Below are positions 6,902-16,507 of a stretch of 26,247 nucleotides of DNA, piece by piece (position 1 is the stretch's first letter; each line of letters opens with the position of its first letter). This stretch comes from Gammaproteobacteria bacterium (GTDB taxonomy: Bacteria > Pseudomonadota > Gammaproteobacteria > Coxiellales > Coxiellaceae). Location of the stretch: positions 1 through 26,247 of the forward strand of contig JAJFJO010000015.1 of NCBI GenBank assembly GCA_021774015.1. Direction: 5' to 3'. A program made the translations under genes and the position numbers. The notes beneath the pieces were generated by a model that saw nothing but the letters and a program-made list of their open reading frames with translations, was not told the DNA's origin and made no database searches.

Positions 6902-7528
6902 TTATGTATTAGTTACCGATGTTTGTGCAATAAGATCATCAAAAACACCCTTTCTAAAAATGGGCATAACCTCAGACTGTAGCGCATGAGATAATGTGCT
7001 TTGCTCTTTCTCCGTTAAAGAGCGCTCGACAGTGGTGTTATTTGAAATTTTATACTCAGATATTTCAGTCATAATTTTTAACAACCTTTTAGAGTAAACG
7101 TGATTTTTTTTAGATAATGTACGGCGCTTTTTGAATAGACCCAGCATAATGCAGGTTTCAACTAGGCACATTAATGTATCGTGTTTTGATATCAATCGAT
7201 AAAAACAAGCGGATGGTGGCGCAGATACCTTTATGCGATAACTTGTTCCTGAATTGGGTTCAAATAAAAGCTGGTCCTTACACTTGCGCCTTACTAGTTT
7301 TGTTAAACGCGCAATCTCTTTATCAAAATACCCCTCAATTTGACACATACTTTGATGCCAATGGAATAGCGTGAGTATATCCTGCGATCGGCCAAGGCGC
7401 GCATGATGAAAAAGCCGAGCGATCTTATTCATCACCGTCATCATGCGTGAAACACCCGGCTTGATAGTTATAGACATCAGCCACGCTGTTTCATGAGAAC
7501 ATGGTTTTAAAACAAATACAGTGCTCAT
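6902..7528 (-). CDS. DUF1845 / PFL_4669-family protein (InrR/AcaB-like putative regulator)
   Basis: PG...MMTVMNKI...QD...W...IE and LISKHDTL..LV....LGL resemble the family; adjacent to topB-ssb as in ICEclc-type elements. Confidence 0.6.
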   Translation of the reverse strand: MSTVFVLKPCSHETAWLMSITIKPGVSRMMTVMNKIARLFHHARLGRSQDILTLFHWHQSMCQIEGYFDKEIARLTKLVRRKCKDQLLFEPNSGTSYRIKVSAPPSACFYRLISKHDTLMCLVETCIMLGLFKKRRTLSKKNHVYSKRLLKIMTEISEYKISNNTTVERSLTEKEQSTLSHALQSEVMPIFRKGVFDDLIAQTSVTNT

Positions 7529-8766
7529 AGGCCCTCCTCAATACTGCCGCTCAATTCAGACGATGTTTTGGTTTCAAAATTGACGTTAATAGATAGCAAT
7601 TGTTTGTCTGGCTGCCCTTCTTCTTTAAATTGATAGAGCTTACCATCAGAATGCTTTAGCAAAACTAAAGCTTCTTTAATGTCACTTGCCGCAATTTGTG
7701 TTTTTTTAGAAAAATCAGATAGCGCAATATCCGTGATAAACAGCATTGAGTCCCCATGTTGTTTACAATCCTGATAAAAGTATTCGCTGCAATTAATGGG
7801 TTTGCGATCAATCTGCCGTTGCAACCACTTAAAAAACTTTTCGCATTGCTCTATTTCTATATTGTCGATATTGGGTTGATCGGTATTTATTTCTTTTTTT
7901 GACTCATCTTCAACTACCGTCTCTTTAACGACGGCTGGGGTCTTGTCTGTTTGTTCGGCGGTACTGTCTTCTTGTGATTGGGATAGGGTTTTTTTACTTT
8001 CTGTATCTGACATCTCATTTATTTCATTTGCAGAGGGTTTTTTAGGTGTTGGTGCTTTTGGCTGACTTTTATCTTCAAGCAACTGAGGTGCTAATGCGGA
8101 TCGTAGTAGTGGCTCAAGATCTGAATTAAAATTAAGTGACAGCCACCGGCCTTCAACCAAAGCGCCCAACTCATATAAACGATAATGCTCTCTAAAAAGA
8201 TAATTAGGCGCATTTTCAAGCCGGATATGTGTAAACACATCGCGATAGGCTGATAGTGGCTTTTTAAATAATGATTTAACAGCATAGGGCTTTAATGATT
8301 CAATCACTGTCGTAAAAAAGGTTAGTGCAACGAATGCATTATCTTTATTTCTCTCTTCTAATATTTTATACAAGCAATCGCTGGGCGTACGATTAAAGAC
8401 AAATATGAGTTTATCGGCCAGTGTGTTTGCTAAATCAGATAATGCCTCTTTTGAACGTTTCTTTTGTAAAATTTGATAACATTTATCTAAACTCATTAAG
8501 AGCCATGATTGATAGAGTTTAATGGCATCATGTGGTAGCGCATTTTCAATGCGTTTGGCAAGCTCGCGAGGAAATACAGGCGTCACTTTGGGTTTTCTGG
8601 GCTTAACCAACATAGTCCCTATCGCTGCAATAATAATGACAACCCAAGCTAACTCATACAGCCAAACCCCTTCCTGTATAATTAGGCTTTTAAAAAAGAA
8701 AAGAGCGATTGCCGCGATGATTAAGATCACAAAATCACTGACCAATGTGTATAAATATTTAATCAT
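7525..8766 (-). CDS. N-terminally membrane-anchored, degenerate MOBH (TraI_2)-relaxase-like protein
   Basis: Two N-terminal TM segments, helical core, acidic low-complexity linker, C-terminal FFKWLQRQI..KPIN...LFIT resembling TraI_2_C; no HHH or HD motif. Confidence 0.5.
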   Translation of the reverse strand: MIKYLYTLVSDFVILIIAAIALFFFKSLIIQEGVWLYELAWVVIIIAAIGTMLVKPRKPKVTPVFPRELAKRIENALPHDAIKLYQSWLLMSLDKCYQILQKKRSKEALSDLANTLADKLIFVFNRTPSDCLYKILEERNKDNAFVALTFFTTVIESLKPYAVKSLFKKPLSAYRDVFTHIRLENAPNYLFREHYRLYELGALVEGRWLSLNFNSDLEPLLRSALAPQLLEDKSQPKAPTPKKPSANEINEMSDTESKKTLSQSQEDSTAEQTDKTPAVVKETVVEDESKKEINTDQPNIDNIEIEQCEKFFKWLQRQIDRKPINCSEYFYQDCKQHGDSMLFITDIALSDFSKKTQIAASDIKEALVLLKHSDGKLYQFKEEGQPDKQLLSINVNFETKTSSELSGSIEEGL

Positions 8767-9319
8767 GCGATGCCTCCTGGATAGCTTTAATAATCACTCT
8801 TGGATCTGTTTCTCCTTTGAAAACAAATTTCCTTGATGGGTTGTTGGTTGGATAAACTAAAATAAGCGGCGTACCACTGTGATATTGTTTTAAGAGCGAT
8901 AGCCCAGCTTCCATTTCACTTAATACCCAAGGTTGATGCATCTTGGCTTGAAAGGTCTTTGTGTCTAAGTGCAAGTGATTCAAAATAATAAACACACCTT
9001 TTGCGCCTACGGCGCGTGACATTAAAAACTCATGGTATTTCAGAAAATCATTGGTGTTTTTAGCCATCACATAGCTACTGGTCGCTTCAACCAATGAATT
9101 TTTATTAATAATGGCAACAGGGATCAGTCGTATTTTTAAATGCTTGTCATGCACCATCAGCCAATTAATCAGTGGTTGCATTCGATGACAATGCCCACAC
9201 TGATAATCCATCACTTCTGTCAGTGTGACTGTCCCTTGTGGGTTACCCGCGACAATCGCCGCCAGCGTCACCTGGGAAAATAATGATAAGCATAATAGGA
9301 TCAAGCAACGCTTAAACAT
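8759..9319 (-). CDS. Exported DsbA-family thiol-disulfide oxidoreductase
   Basis: Signal peptide (…QVTLA), GNPQGTVTLTEVMDYQCGHC, cis-Pro loop GTP; GGAGG before ATG 9319. Confidence 0.9.
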   Translation of the reverse strand: MFKRCLILLCLSLFSQVTLAAIVAGNPQGTVTLTEVMDYQCGHCHRMQPLINWLMVHDKHLKIRLIPVAIINKNSLVEATSSYVMAKNTNDFLKYHEFLMSRAVGAKGVFIILNHLHLDTKTFQAKMHQPWVLSEMEAGLSLLKQYHSGTPLILVYPTNNPSRKFVFKGETDPRVIIKAIQEASHD

Positions 9320-11327
9320 CACAGTGCCCTCCGTTGCTATTAACAATCTCAATCAGCTCAACAAAATTTTTTGGTGCTAAAGACTCATTGGTAGGTAATG
9401 GCGCACGCACTTTATAAAGTTCACCACCATTGGTAAAAACAAAAGCATGGCCCTTGGGCAAGCTGATAATATCGTTGGCTTGCAGCATAGGGGTTGGTTT
9501 TAAGCTAATTCTGACGTCATTGCCGGTATTAAAATAAATCCCGTCTTCACCATGCGGTGTATCGGATGCAGAACTCCCTTCCATGCGGGTAACCACTTCA
9601 ACCTCGTTAAGCTGATCCACCAGCACCATCGCCGTGTCTTTGTTTTTTACACGCAGAAATATCTGAGATTGAAAATTGCCTTCTAGCATTTTTGCTTTAT
9701 CGTGATTACCACTAAATGCTGCGCCCAAATCATTAATCGTTTGGCAGGCTGCAATCACCTGAAATCCAGCGCCACCGGCTTTATTGAGTAGTGTTACAAA
9801 TTCATCCTGCACGATTTCTGAAAATTCATCACAATAAAGACAGACATCAACGCTTTCGTTGGCGTTATAGATTCGCCCAGCGCAAGAAACTAAATCTGAA
9901 ATAATAGCTTTCCCTAACGCAACAGAGACTTCCCTATTGACTAATGAGTTCAGACCAATATAAATAACCTGTCCTCGTTTAATGGCCTCCATTAAGTTAA
10001 CTTCAGGTTGCGGCGGATTTTCTTCAAACGAAAAAATATCACTTGCGTTGCTTTGATTAATCTTGTCGAGCACGGGACCGACACTGGCCGTGATTTTTTG
10101 ATAATACGTGGAATCCAGGGTTGCTGCGTCATAAAGCGGTACAATGACGTCATCCACCAAAGTTTGCATATCACCCTTTGAGACACTGGATTCAATAAAC
10201 GTCTTTAAGTATTTTTTTATCGCTGTGGAACGATTCATTTCAGTGAAGGCTTCGCCCTCTTCCTCTTTTTTTACCTGATATTCATCCATGATGTCCTGAA
10301 CCCCTGATAAGTATTCAAGATCTTGTTCAGGTAAGATCGCGTCAGCATATTTCAACAATAACACTTCAGGGCGTGTGATATAAAAACTGATCGTGCGATA
10401 GTTAATCGGCTCGCCTAGCTGTATTAAGCATTTAGCCGTGATATTAATGTATTTCCAAGCAAAATCTTTAAATTGACTACCCTCGCCTGATGCATCCATA
10501 GCGCTGGTAATACGTGTTGCCACATCAGCAATATCACTGTAGGACGATAAGGTATTTAACCTTGCAGAAATAGTGGGGAATCCCACATGCACAACCTTAA
10601 AATCATCTAAGCGCCCTGCGACAGCACTTGCAGCATACATATCCCGCAAAATGTCTAAATCCCCTTTGGGATCTAAAAATATCAGTGGTTTTTTACGGCG
10701 AATATCTTGATTAGCTAAAATGGATAATAATCGCGTTTTACCCACGCGCGTAGTGCCCAGCAGCAACACGTGTCCGTTGCGTTGTGATTCCAATAACCCA
10801 ATGGCCCTTTCACGATCGCCTAACCCATGTAACCAAGGCTTACCACCGATATCCGGCAGCTTCTTAAGCGGATTAAAAGGCACATCACTTTTCAGCATCG
10901 CGGCAAGCGTGTTTTGATGGGCTTTTTCATAGTCTCTAGCCCACTGATAAGCCTTACCCTTGCGCTGGTAAGTTTCATTTTCGACTTCATTAATGAAGCA
11001 TTTGCGTTGCGTATGCGTGCCCTCCCACGCAAAACCTTCGCCAATGTACTGCACCCCGGCTTTAAGTGGCACTTCCTCGGTTGTCATCCCAAACGTTTTT
11101 AATTTAAGTAGCCGCCGCTGAAAATTAATAATGCGAACACCCTGAAAAATTCGAGAGAAGGCAAATAACAACATAAATGCTTCAAAAGACCATAAATAAG
11201 CCCCTGACAGCAAAAAATAATGTGGATATAAGAGCACCAACAAACTACCGCAAAGTAACGCTACCCCTGAGTAACACTCAACAGCATTTCTAAAGGGATT
11301 TTCAACGGTATAGTGTGTACTCATCAT
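9312..11327 (-). CDS. traD: Type IV coupling protein TraD, PFGI-1 class
   Basis: YTVENPFRNAVE N-terminus, two TM segments, Walker A GTTRVGKT, FLDPKGD, Walker B YCDEFSE, NKAGGAGFQV. Confidence 0.96.
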   Translation of the reverse strand: MMSTHYTVENPFRNAVECYSGVALLCGSLLVLLYPHYFLLSGAYLWSFEAFMLLFAFSRIFQGVRIINFQRRLLKLKTFGMTTEEVPLKAGVQYIGEGFAWEGTHTQRKCFINEVENETYQRKGKAYQWARDYEKAHQNTLAAMLKSDVPFNPLKKLPDIGGKPWLHGLGDRERAIGLLESQRNGHVLLLGTTRVGKTRLLSILANQDIRRKKPLIFLDPKGDLDILRDMYAASAVAGRLDDFKVVHVGFPTISARLNTLSSYSDIADVATRITSAMDASGEGSQFKDFAWKYINITAKCLIQLGEPINYRTISFYITRPEVLLLKYADAILPEQDLEYLSGVQDIMDEYQVKKEEEGEAFTEMNRSTAIKKYLKTFIESSVSKGDMQTLVDDVIVPLYDAATLDSTYYQKITASVGPVLDKINQSNASDIFSFEENPPQPEVNLMEAIKRGQVIYIGLNSLVNREVSVALGKAIISDLVSCAGRIYNANESVDVCLYCDEFSEIVQDEFVTLLNKAGGAGFQVIAACQTINDLGAAFSGNHDKAKMLEGNFQSQIFLRVKNKDTAMVLVDQLNEVEVVTRMEGSSASDTPHGEDGIYFNTGNDVRISLKPTPMLQANDIISLPKGHAFVFTNGGELYKVRAPLPTNESLAPKNFVELIEIVNSNGGHCDV

Positions 11328-11336
11328 AACAAGCCC

Positions 11337-11705
11337 CTAACTGATAAAAAATAAAACACATAAAAACGCCAACACCAGCATGACCGCCCATTTCCAGTCT
11401 GATGCCCGTTTGATCATCTCTTGTGGCCAACGATTACGCGCGCCTCTGGCACGAATATAAGCTGGCCACCACCAAAGTGCCGATAAGATAAACACCGCGT
11501 GTAACACCCAAAAGACAACCCTGTAGTGGTTCAAAAAGGTGCTCAAATGCAGTGCTCTGTGATGATTTGCCAGAAAAAGTGGGCCCAAAACCATGGCTAC
11601 CACCATTAATCCTAAAAAAAGCCCAACCCATTTTGTGACAAAGCCGAATTTTTGTAGAATTGGCCTTTTTTGAGTATAATGGGAAGGCTTAGGGAACTTT
11701 TTCAT
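11337..11705 (-). CDS. ICE-associated inner-membrane protein (122 aa, about 3 TM segments)
   Basis: GGAG RBS before ATG 11705; hydrophobic segments; directly upstream of traD. Confidence 0.8.
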   Translation of the reverse strand: MKKFPKPSHYTQKRPILQKFGFVTKWVGLFLGLMVVAMVLGPLFLANHHRALHLSTFLNHYRVVFWVLHAVFILSALWWWPAYIRARGARNRWPQEMIKRASDWKWAVMLVLAFLCVLFFIS

Positions 11706-12031
11706 AGGACATCTCCATGCGTGAACTGATACGAGCCAAAAGAACCACCCAACACGCTTTGAATGTGGGTAAAGACACACTCAACTTTGCACGTCAGATG
11801 AAACAGGCGGACAATAAAACGCGCTTTAAAACGACGGGTAAGTTGTTGGCGTTGATCACGCTCGGTCTTAGCAAATGGTTTGTTAAAGAAATGTGGAGAC
11901 AATCCAAAAACCTTGATCTTACACACAATGGTGAAATACCACTGATGAACGTCCCTCGTGGTGGACGTAATGAATCCGGTCAGTTTGAAACTCGAATAGA
12001 CACTTTTAAGGTCAAATAGATATTTTTTCAT
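11702..12031 (-). CDS. Possible 109-aa ORF, exactly antisense to 11717..12019
   Basis: ATGA overlaps with both flanking operon genes; no recognisable domain. Confidence 0.3.
   Translation of the reverse strand: MKKYLFDLKSVYSSFKLTGFITSTTRDVHQWYFTIVCKIKVFGLSPHFFNKPFAKTERDQRQQLTRRFKARFIVRLFHLTCKVECVFTHIQSVLGGSFGSYQFTHGDVL
11717..12019 (+). CDS. Small protein convergent on traG, with one hydrophobic segment; candidate entry-exclusion-type gene
   Basis: AGGA RBS before ATG 11717; protein-like composition; KLLALITLGLSKWF; position like that of small opposite-strand genes after traG in other ICEs. Confidence 0.6.
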   Translation: MRELIRAKRTTQHALNVGKDTLNFARQMKQADNKTRFKTTGKLLALITLGLSKWFVKEMWRQSKNLDLTHNGEIPLMNVPRGGRNESGQFETRIDTFKVK

Positions 12032-13638
12032 AACAACGCCGCCGTTCCTGCTACCTCTGCCGCTTCTGCTGCGCCTTCCCCTGCTTCAGCAGCTTCGCCA
12101 GAACTGCCGCCGCCGGAGCTTCCTCCAGATGAGCCACCACCTGAAGAAGGGCTGCCATCAGAGGTAGATGATATTTTTCCTGACATTTGGCTTAATTTGT
12201 CTCCAAGCAAAACTCCAGTCCCAGCTATTAATGAATTAAAAAATAATGGGACCACATAGTAGAGCGTTGTAAAAAAATTATTAAAGACGGGTTTTTCTTC
12301 GGGGTTTTGGAAGTTTACATAGCTCATACTGTTATTAACCATATCTTGTAGCGTGGTTAGCGCATGCCATATGGCTGTGGTAAAAATCAAACTGAACAAT
12401 AAAAAAATTAACCCGGTTAGCACCTTAAGATTGTAATTTCCTGCAATCATAATAAAGGGGTAAAACATCAAAATTAAAAAGATCAATACGGCTTGCACAA
12501 TAGGCAATAAATCCTGTGCTTTGGCTTGATCCATCGGCTCCGTTAATATATTATTTTTAAGCTGGCCAATGGTGACGCCAATATTAGCGATATGACTTAA
12601 TACCCCACCACCCGTGTTAATATGCGTTTCTTGCATGCTGTTGGCATCATACAGTGCGCCACGTGCAACAATGTCATCAGCTGTATCACTGGTCGTAAAA
12701 GGTGCGTGTATTTCATGGAGCCATGAAACAATCCGATCGGTTAAAGGTAATTCCGATAAATGTGAATTTTTAGGTGTAGTGTTATTCACCTCTTTAACAA
12801 TATTTTTTTCTAACCCATATTGTGGATCACTCCACCACTGTTTACAGGTTGGGTAACCATGAATCGGCTGCTGTTGCAATCCCGCTTTGACGTTGTGATC
12901 GACAAGGGGTGATGGATACATGGTATAGGGAAATGGCGCAACCGGCTGACTGGCACGCATATTCTGATAATATAGCAGCGATAGCACGTGTGATCCCATC
13001 CAAGCTAAGTCTCCGCTGCCACCATATTGTTTCATCACATCTTGGTAAGTGGATGGATCAGGGTTGCGCGTATTAAACATGGCTTTAGCCGGTAAATAGC
13101 ATTGATTGTTAAATTCCTGAATTTGGTTTTGTAATGGCTGAGAAAATCGTGTCATCACCACCGAATGCATCAACTGATTAATGTTCTGCGTACAAGGCAT
13201 ACTTTTAGTAACAGCATAGGTGATCCCAGATGACACATCTAACGCTAAACCTAACAAAACAGGCACCTTCACCGAATCAACCACCATCCCTTGAAACATG
13301 TCGTCATAGGTCGTACCGCTATTACCCGGCGTTGACACTTGCGAGCCTGCCTCACAAATAGGCTGGTATTTAATTTCTTTAACATCTAAATGAAACGCAG
13401 GTGCAACTGCTAAATAGCACACTAATGACATTAAGATAAATTCAATAAACGTTCGGCGAAAAGAAATATCAGCACCGTTGCCGATAGCCGTTTCGAACGG
13501 TTTAGTCAGGCTGTTGATCATCAACATTAAAAACGGCAGGTAAACAATACCAAAACGCGAGCACACTTCCCAAATCAGGTCATAATATTTAAACCCCAAA
13601 AAGGTGGTGTACAGTTCTAATGGGCTTTGTACCATCAT
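12028..13638 (-). CDS. traG: TraG N-terminal-domain mating-pair stabilisation protein with a Gly/Ser/Ala tail
   Basis: M.VQSPLELYTTFLG..YYD.IW, FNNQCYLPAK, YPTCKQWWSD, C-terminal TM bundle. Confidence 0.92.
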   Translation of the reverse strand: MMVQSPLELYTTFLGFKYYDLIWEVCSRFGIVYLPFLMLMINSLTKPFETAIGNGADISFRRTFIEFILMSLVCYLAVAPAFHLDVKEIKYQPICEAGSQVSTPGNSGTTYDDMFQGMVVDSVKVPVLLGLALDVSSGITYAVTKSMPCTQNINQLMHSVVMTRFSQPLQNQIQEFNNQCYLPAKAMFNTRNPDPSTYQDVMKQYGGSGDLAWMGSHVLSLLYYQNMRASQPVAPFPYTMYPSPLVDHNVKAGLQQQPIHGYPTCKQWWSDPQYGLEKNIVKEVNNTTPKNSHLSELPLTDRIVSWLHEIHAPFTTSDTADDIVARGALYDANSMQETHINTGGGVLSHIANIGVTIGQLKNNILTEPMDQAKAQDLLPIVQAVLIFLILMFYPFIMIAGNYNLKVLTGLIFLLFSLIFTTAIWHALTTLQDMVNNSMSYVNFQNPEEKPVFNNFFTTLYYVVPLFFNSLIAGTGVLLGDKLSQMSGKISSTSDGSPSSGGGSSGGSSGGGSSGEAAEAGEGAAEAAEVAGTAALL

Positions 13639-13644
13639 AGACGA

Positions 13645-15051
13645 TTACTCCCCTTGCCCTTTCTTATAAACCGCACCGTTATTGGTTACAGGCCCGGCAC
13701 GATGTTCATTTACTTGATTAGCAGCGTTTTCTTCATTGTTATTCATTTGTTGTAGGAGCGTTTGCATCGTATTAGACGTCATTTGTTTTCTGACTTGATG
13801 CTCAAACAATAAATTCTCGATATCTTTGTTTAAACGAGCAATGCTTTCATTCACGGCAGTTAACGCAGGCTGTAAGTTCTGCACGACTTGTGCTTGACTA
13901 CCTGCAATGAGCACACGTCGTAACATCAATGATTCATCAATCAAATTTTGTATCGCCACATCTTGTGAAATGCGATTGATATAAAGTGCTTGACCTGATT
14001 TATCTAAATTACGCAGCCCATCAATGACACGTGGCGTAATAGCCAAACCATTAGCACTGATTTGCTCTAAATCAGTCGGGCTCGGCGTGTCATTGCTTGC
14101 AACAATTTGTGCAAGCTTGTCACGAATTGTTTTGACACAGGTTTTGTCAGTATTTGCGATATCAGGACACGATGTTAAGATAGGCACCAGCCCAACGCCA
14201 GCAGTGGTTCCCTGCGCTTGATCACTTTTTTGCGTGGTAATTGTAATATTACCGAGTACTAAGGCTGAGAATTTTCCGGCATCATCCGGTGTTGGCCAGA
14301 ACGTCGTTAGATCGGGGTGATCTGCTTTTGACGGCGTAGAATTATCATCAAGCGGACGACTTGGATCAATCATGATATTGTAACCGGCAATTGCTACATC
14401 AGAAATCACTTTAATCGATACTTGGGAGCCAATAGAGCCCCCCGATGGTCCTTTATGCACCCATTGCACGCCGTATTCTGGGCCTTTTTTCGTGGTGTCG
14501 GTTCTGGCGGTGTTGATATCGACATCTTGGCCTTGGGCAGCCGCCTTCGCGTGGTTCATCCAGCCATTAGAGTCAGAAATACTAAACCAATCTTGATACG
14601 GTGATTTGCCATTTTTAATTTGATCAAGCGACTGTTGGCACGATTTCATTGACACGTTAAAACGATCTTGTGCGCCCGTCATTGCATTTTGAATGAGGTT
14701 ATACAATTTAGGGTCCATTTTTTCGAGTTCATACATCGGCAATGAGCCCACTGCCGTCGTGGCTGAACCAATCACGCTTTTACTCAAGCCCTCAATCGAC
14801 CCACCAATGTTATTAATCGTATTTGAAATAGAAATAGCAGGGTTAAAGCCATTACAGGTGTAACCCAGATTTGAATTAACATTACCACCCACATCAATAC
14901 TGGTGGTAGGTGACACAGGTGGCATGGAGATATCCGAGCCACCATTTAATTGATAGTAATCATAGGATTTTGTTGGCAACAAACTGTCAGCAAATACCGC
15001 GCTACTACTGATCATCAGTGTCAACCCTAATAATATTGTTATACTACGCAT
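13645..15051 (-). CDS. ICE protein, PFL_4711 family
   Basis: Signal peptide; YYQLNGG, LGYTCNGFNP, P.LYNLIQN, KSCQ; synteny. Confidence 0.88.
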   Translation of the reverse strand: MRSITILLGLTLMISSSAVFADSLLPTKSYDYYQLNGGSDISMPPVSPTTSIDVGGNVNSNLGYTCNGFNPAISISNTINNIGGSIEGLSKSVIGSATTAVGSLPMYELEKMDPKLYNLIQNAMTGAQDRFNVSMKSCQQSLDQIKNGKSPYQDWFSISDSNGWMNHAKAAAQGQDVDINTARTDTTKKGPEYGVQWVHKGPSGGSIGSQVSIKVISDVAIAGYNIMIDPSRPLDDNSTPSKADHPDLTTFWPTPDDAGKFSALVLGNITITTQKSDQAQGTTAGVGLVPILTSCPDIANTDKTCVKTIRDKLAQIVASNDTPSPTDLEQISANGLAITPRVIDGLRNLDKSGQALYINRISQDVAIQNLIDESLMLRRVLIAGSQAQVVQNLQPALTAVNESIARLNKDIENLLFEHQVRKQMTSNTMQTLLQQMNNNEENAANQVNEHRAGPVTNNGAVYKKGQGE

Positions 15052-15063
15052 ACCCTACTTCTC

Positions 15064-16098
15064 CTATCGTTTAACCGTTGGCGGTACATTCACCATGGCC
15101 CATAAAAATTTACCGGAATGTTGTATACAGCCGCGATAATGTCTCCACACTAAAAATACGTAATTACCATTGCCTGCTTTCTCATCCGCTTCACCAAGAT
15201 AATGGCCTGGCGAAATCGCACTTGCATCCTGTCCTAATTGAATATGTCGATCATTCGGGTAAACTTCTTCCCAAATCTCATGCTTATCATTTTGTTCTTC
15301 AATAACATTAGCAACAGCGCAGTTTGTACCGCATGTATCACCCGTGCTTTTAACAATATGTAAGGTATTATTGTTGGTGACGATATCGGCTGCACGAAGT
15401 GCTGCCATGATAGAAGCCTTATAATCATTGGTTGTATTACTCGTCATGCTTCTTGGAAATTCATAACCCCATTTATTAGTAAAACCACTACCAATGTAGT
15501 AATTAAAAAGATTAATATTTTTTGTAAAACGTAATGCCTCAGCCACACCTAAGCGTCCTGTTGTGTCTGTTGCTGAACTGTAATAAGGAAAAAAGCCCGT
15601 TGTATCTAAGCGCAAGCTTAAAAAAGGAAAGTATTTGAGTGGATCAGGATTGCCAACAACATCGACATATTTGGTGATTAAACTATTGGCCTGCTCATGA
15701 CTATCGTTATCTTCGCTGGTTTTACCATTACCTAACGAATAACCTGTAATTGATTTGGAAGCAATATTGCCTGCTGCATAACTTGCTTTATCAAGGGTAA
15801 TTCTTGCTGCATCCCACGGATCATCGCCTGCTTCGTTAAAGCTTGTCACCACCATATCAGGCAGGTATTCATCTAACTCCAATGTGAAGGCAAGATAAGG
15901 AATGCCAAAGGCACCATGATCGAGCCAAACACACGTGCCAATAACACCAAAATGTGAATAATCAAATACGTGACGCGATGAATCCCAAGCAATGCCCAAC
16001 GTGCTAATCGTTCCTGGTGGTTTTGTGGTAGCGCTGGCAATTGTGAATGCAGCAAGTAGCAACACACTTAACCCAATTATTTTAAGTTTATTCCACAT
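15064..16098 (-). CDS. ICE protein, PFL_4710 family (TraU-like)
   Basis: GTCVWL, YLPDMVVTSF, FPYYSS.TD, WG..FPR, Y...VWRHYRGC; GGAG before ATG 16098. Confidence 0.88.
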   Translation of the reverse strand: MWNKLKIIGLSVLLLAAFTIASATTKPPGTISTLGIAWDSSRHVFDYSHFGVIGTCVWLDHGAFGIPYLAFTLELDEYLPDMVVTSFNEAGDDPWDAARITLDKASYAAGNIASKSITGYSLGNGKTSEDNDSHEQANSLITKYVDVVGNPDPLKYFPFLSLRLDTTGFFPYYSSATDTTGRLGVAEALRFTKNINLFNYYIGSGFTNKWGYEFPRSMTSNTTNDYKASIMAALRAADIVTNNNTLHIVKSTGDTCGTNCAVANVIEEQNDKHEIWEEVYPNDRHIQLGQDASAISPGHYLGEADEKAGNGNYVFLVWRHYRGCIQHSGKFLWAMVNVPPTVKR

Positions 16099-16507
16099 GA
16101 TCGCGCTCCAGAAAGGCTTGGTATTCTCTAATCCCTGAATCAACGTTTTGTTGTCCATAAATGACGTATCGATGATTAATAACAATGGCAGGCAAGCGGG
16201 TTACACCGAGTTTGGCCGCCTCATATTGGCAAATAACATTGTTAGACAAGGCTTTAAATTGTTTTGAATAACGTTGAGTAATGTTAGTTGCGCTCATTGA
16301 CCTTGTTGCCATTTGTTTTTTTAAATCCTGATTAATCGCTGTTTTAATCTGATCGGCTTTATCCAATAAGCACACTGATGTAGTTTTCGTGTTCTGCACA
16401 GACGGCTGGGTAGTCAAACCAAAATACTGAACCGTCATCGCAAAAGACGATAAAGGTAAAACGATGCAGACTACACAAGCCGCTTTAATCATCAAATGTT
16501 TCATCAT
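16088..16507 (-). CDS. ICE protein, PFL_4709 family (DUF1525); exact start uncertain
   Basis: AAKLGVTRLPAIVINHRYVIYGQQNV motif; signal peptide; synteny. Confidence 0.88.
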   Translation of the reverse strand: MMKHLMIKAACVVCIVLPLSSFAMTVQYFGLTTQPSVQNTKTTSVCLLDKADQIKTAINQDLKKQMATRSMSATNITQRYSKQFKALSNNVICQYEAAKLGVTRLPAIVINHRYVIYGQQNVDSGIREYQAFLERDHVE

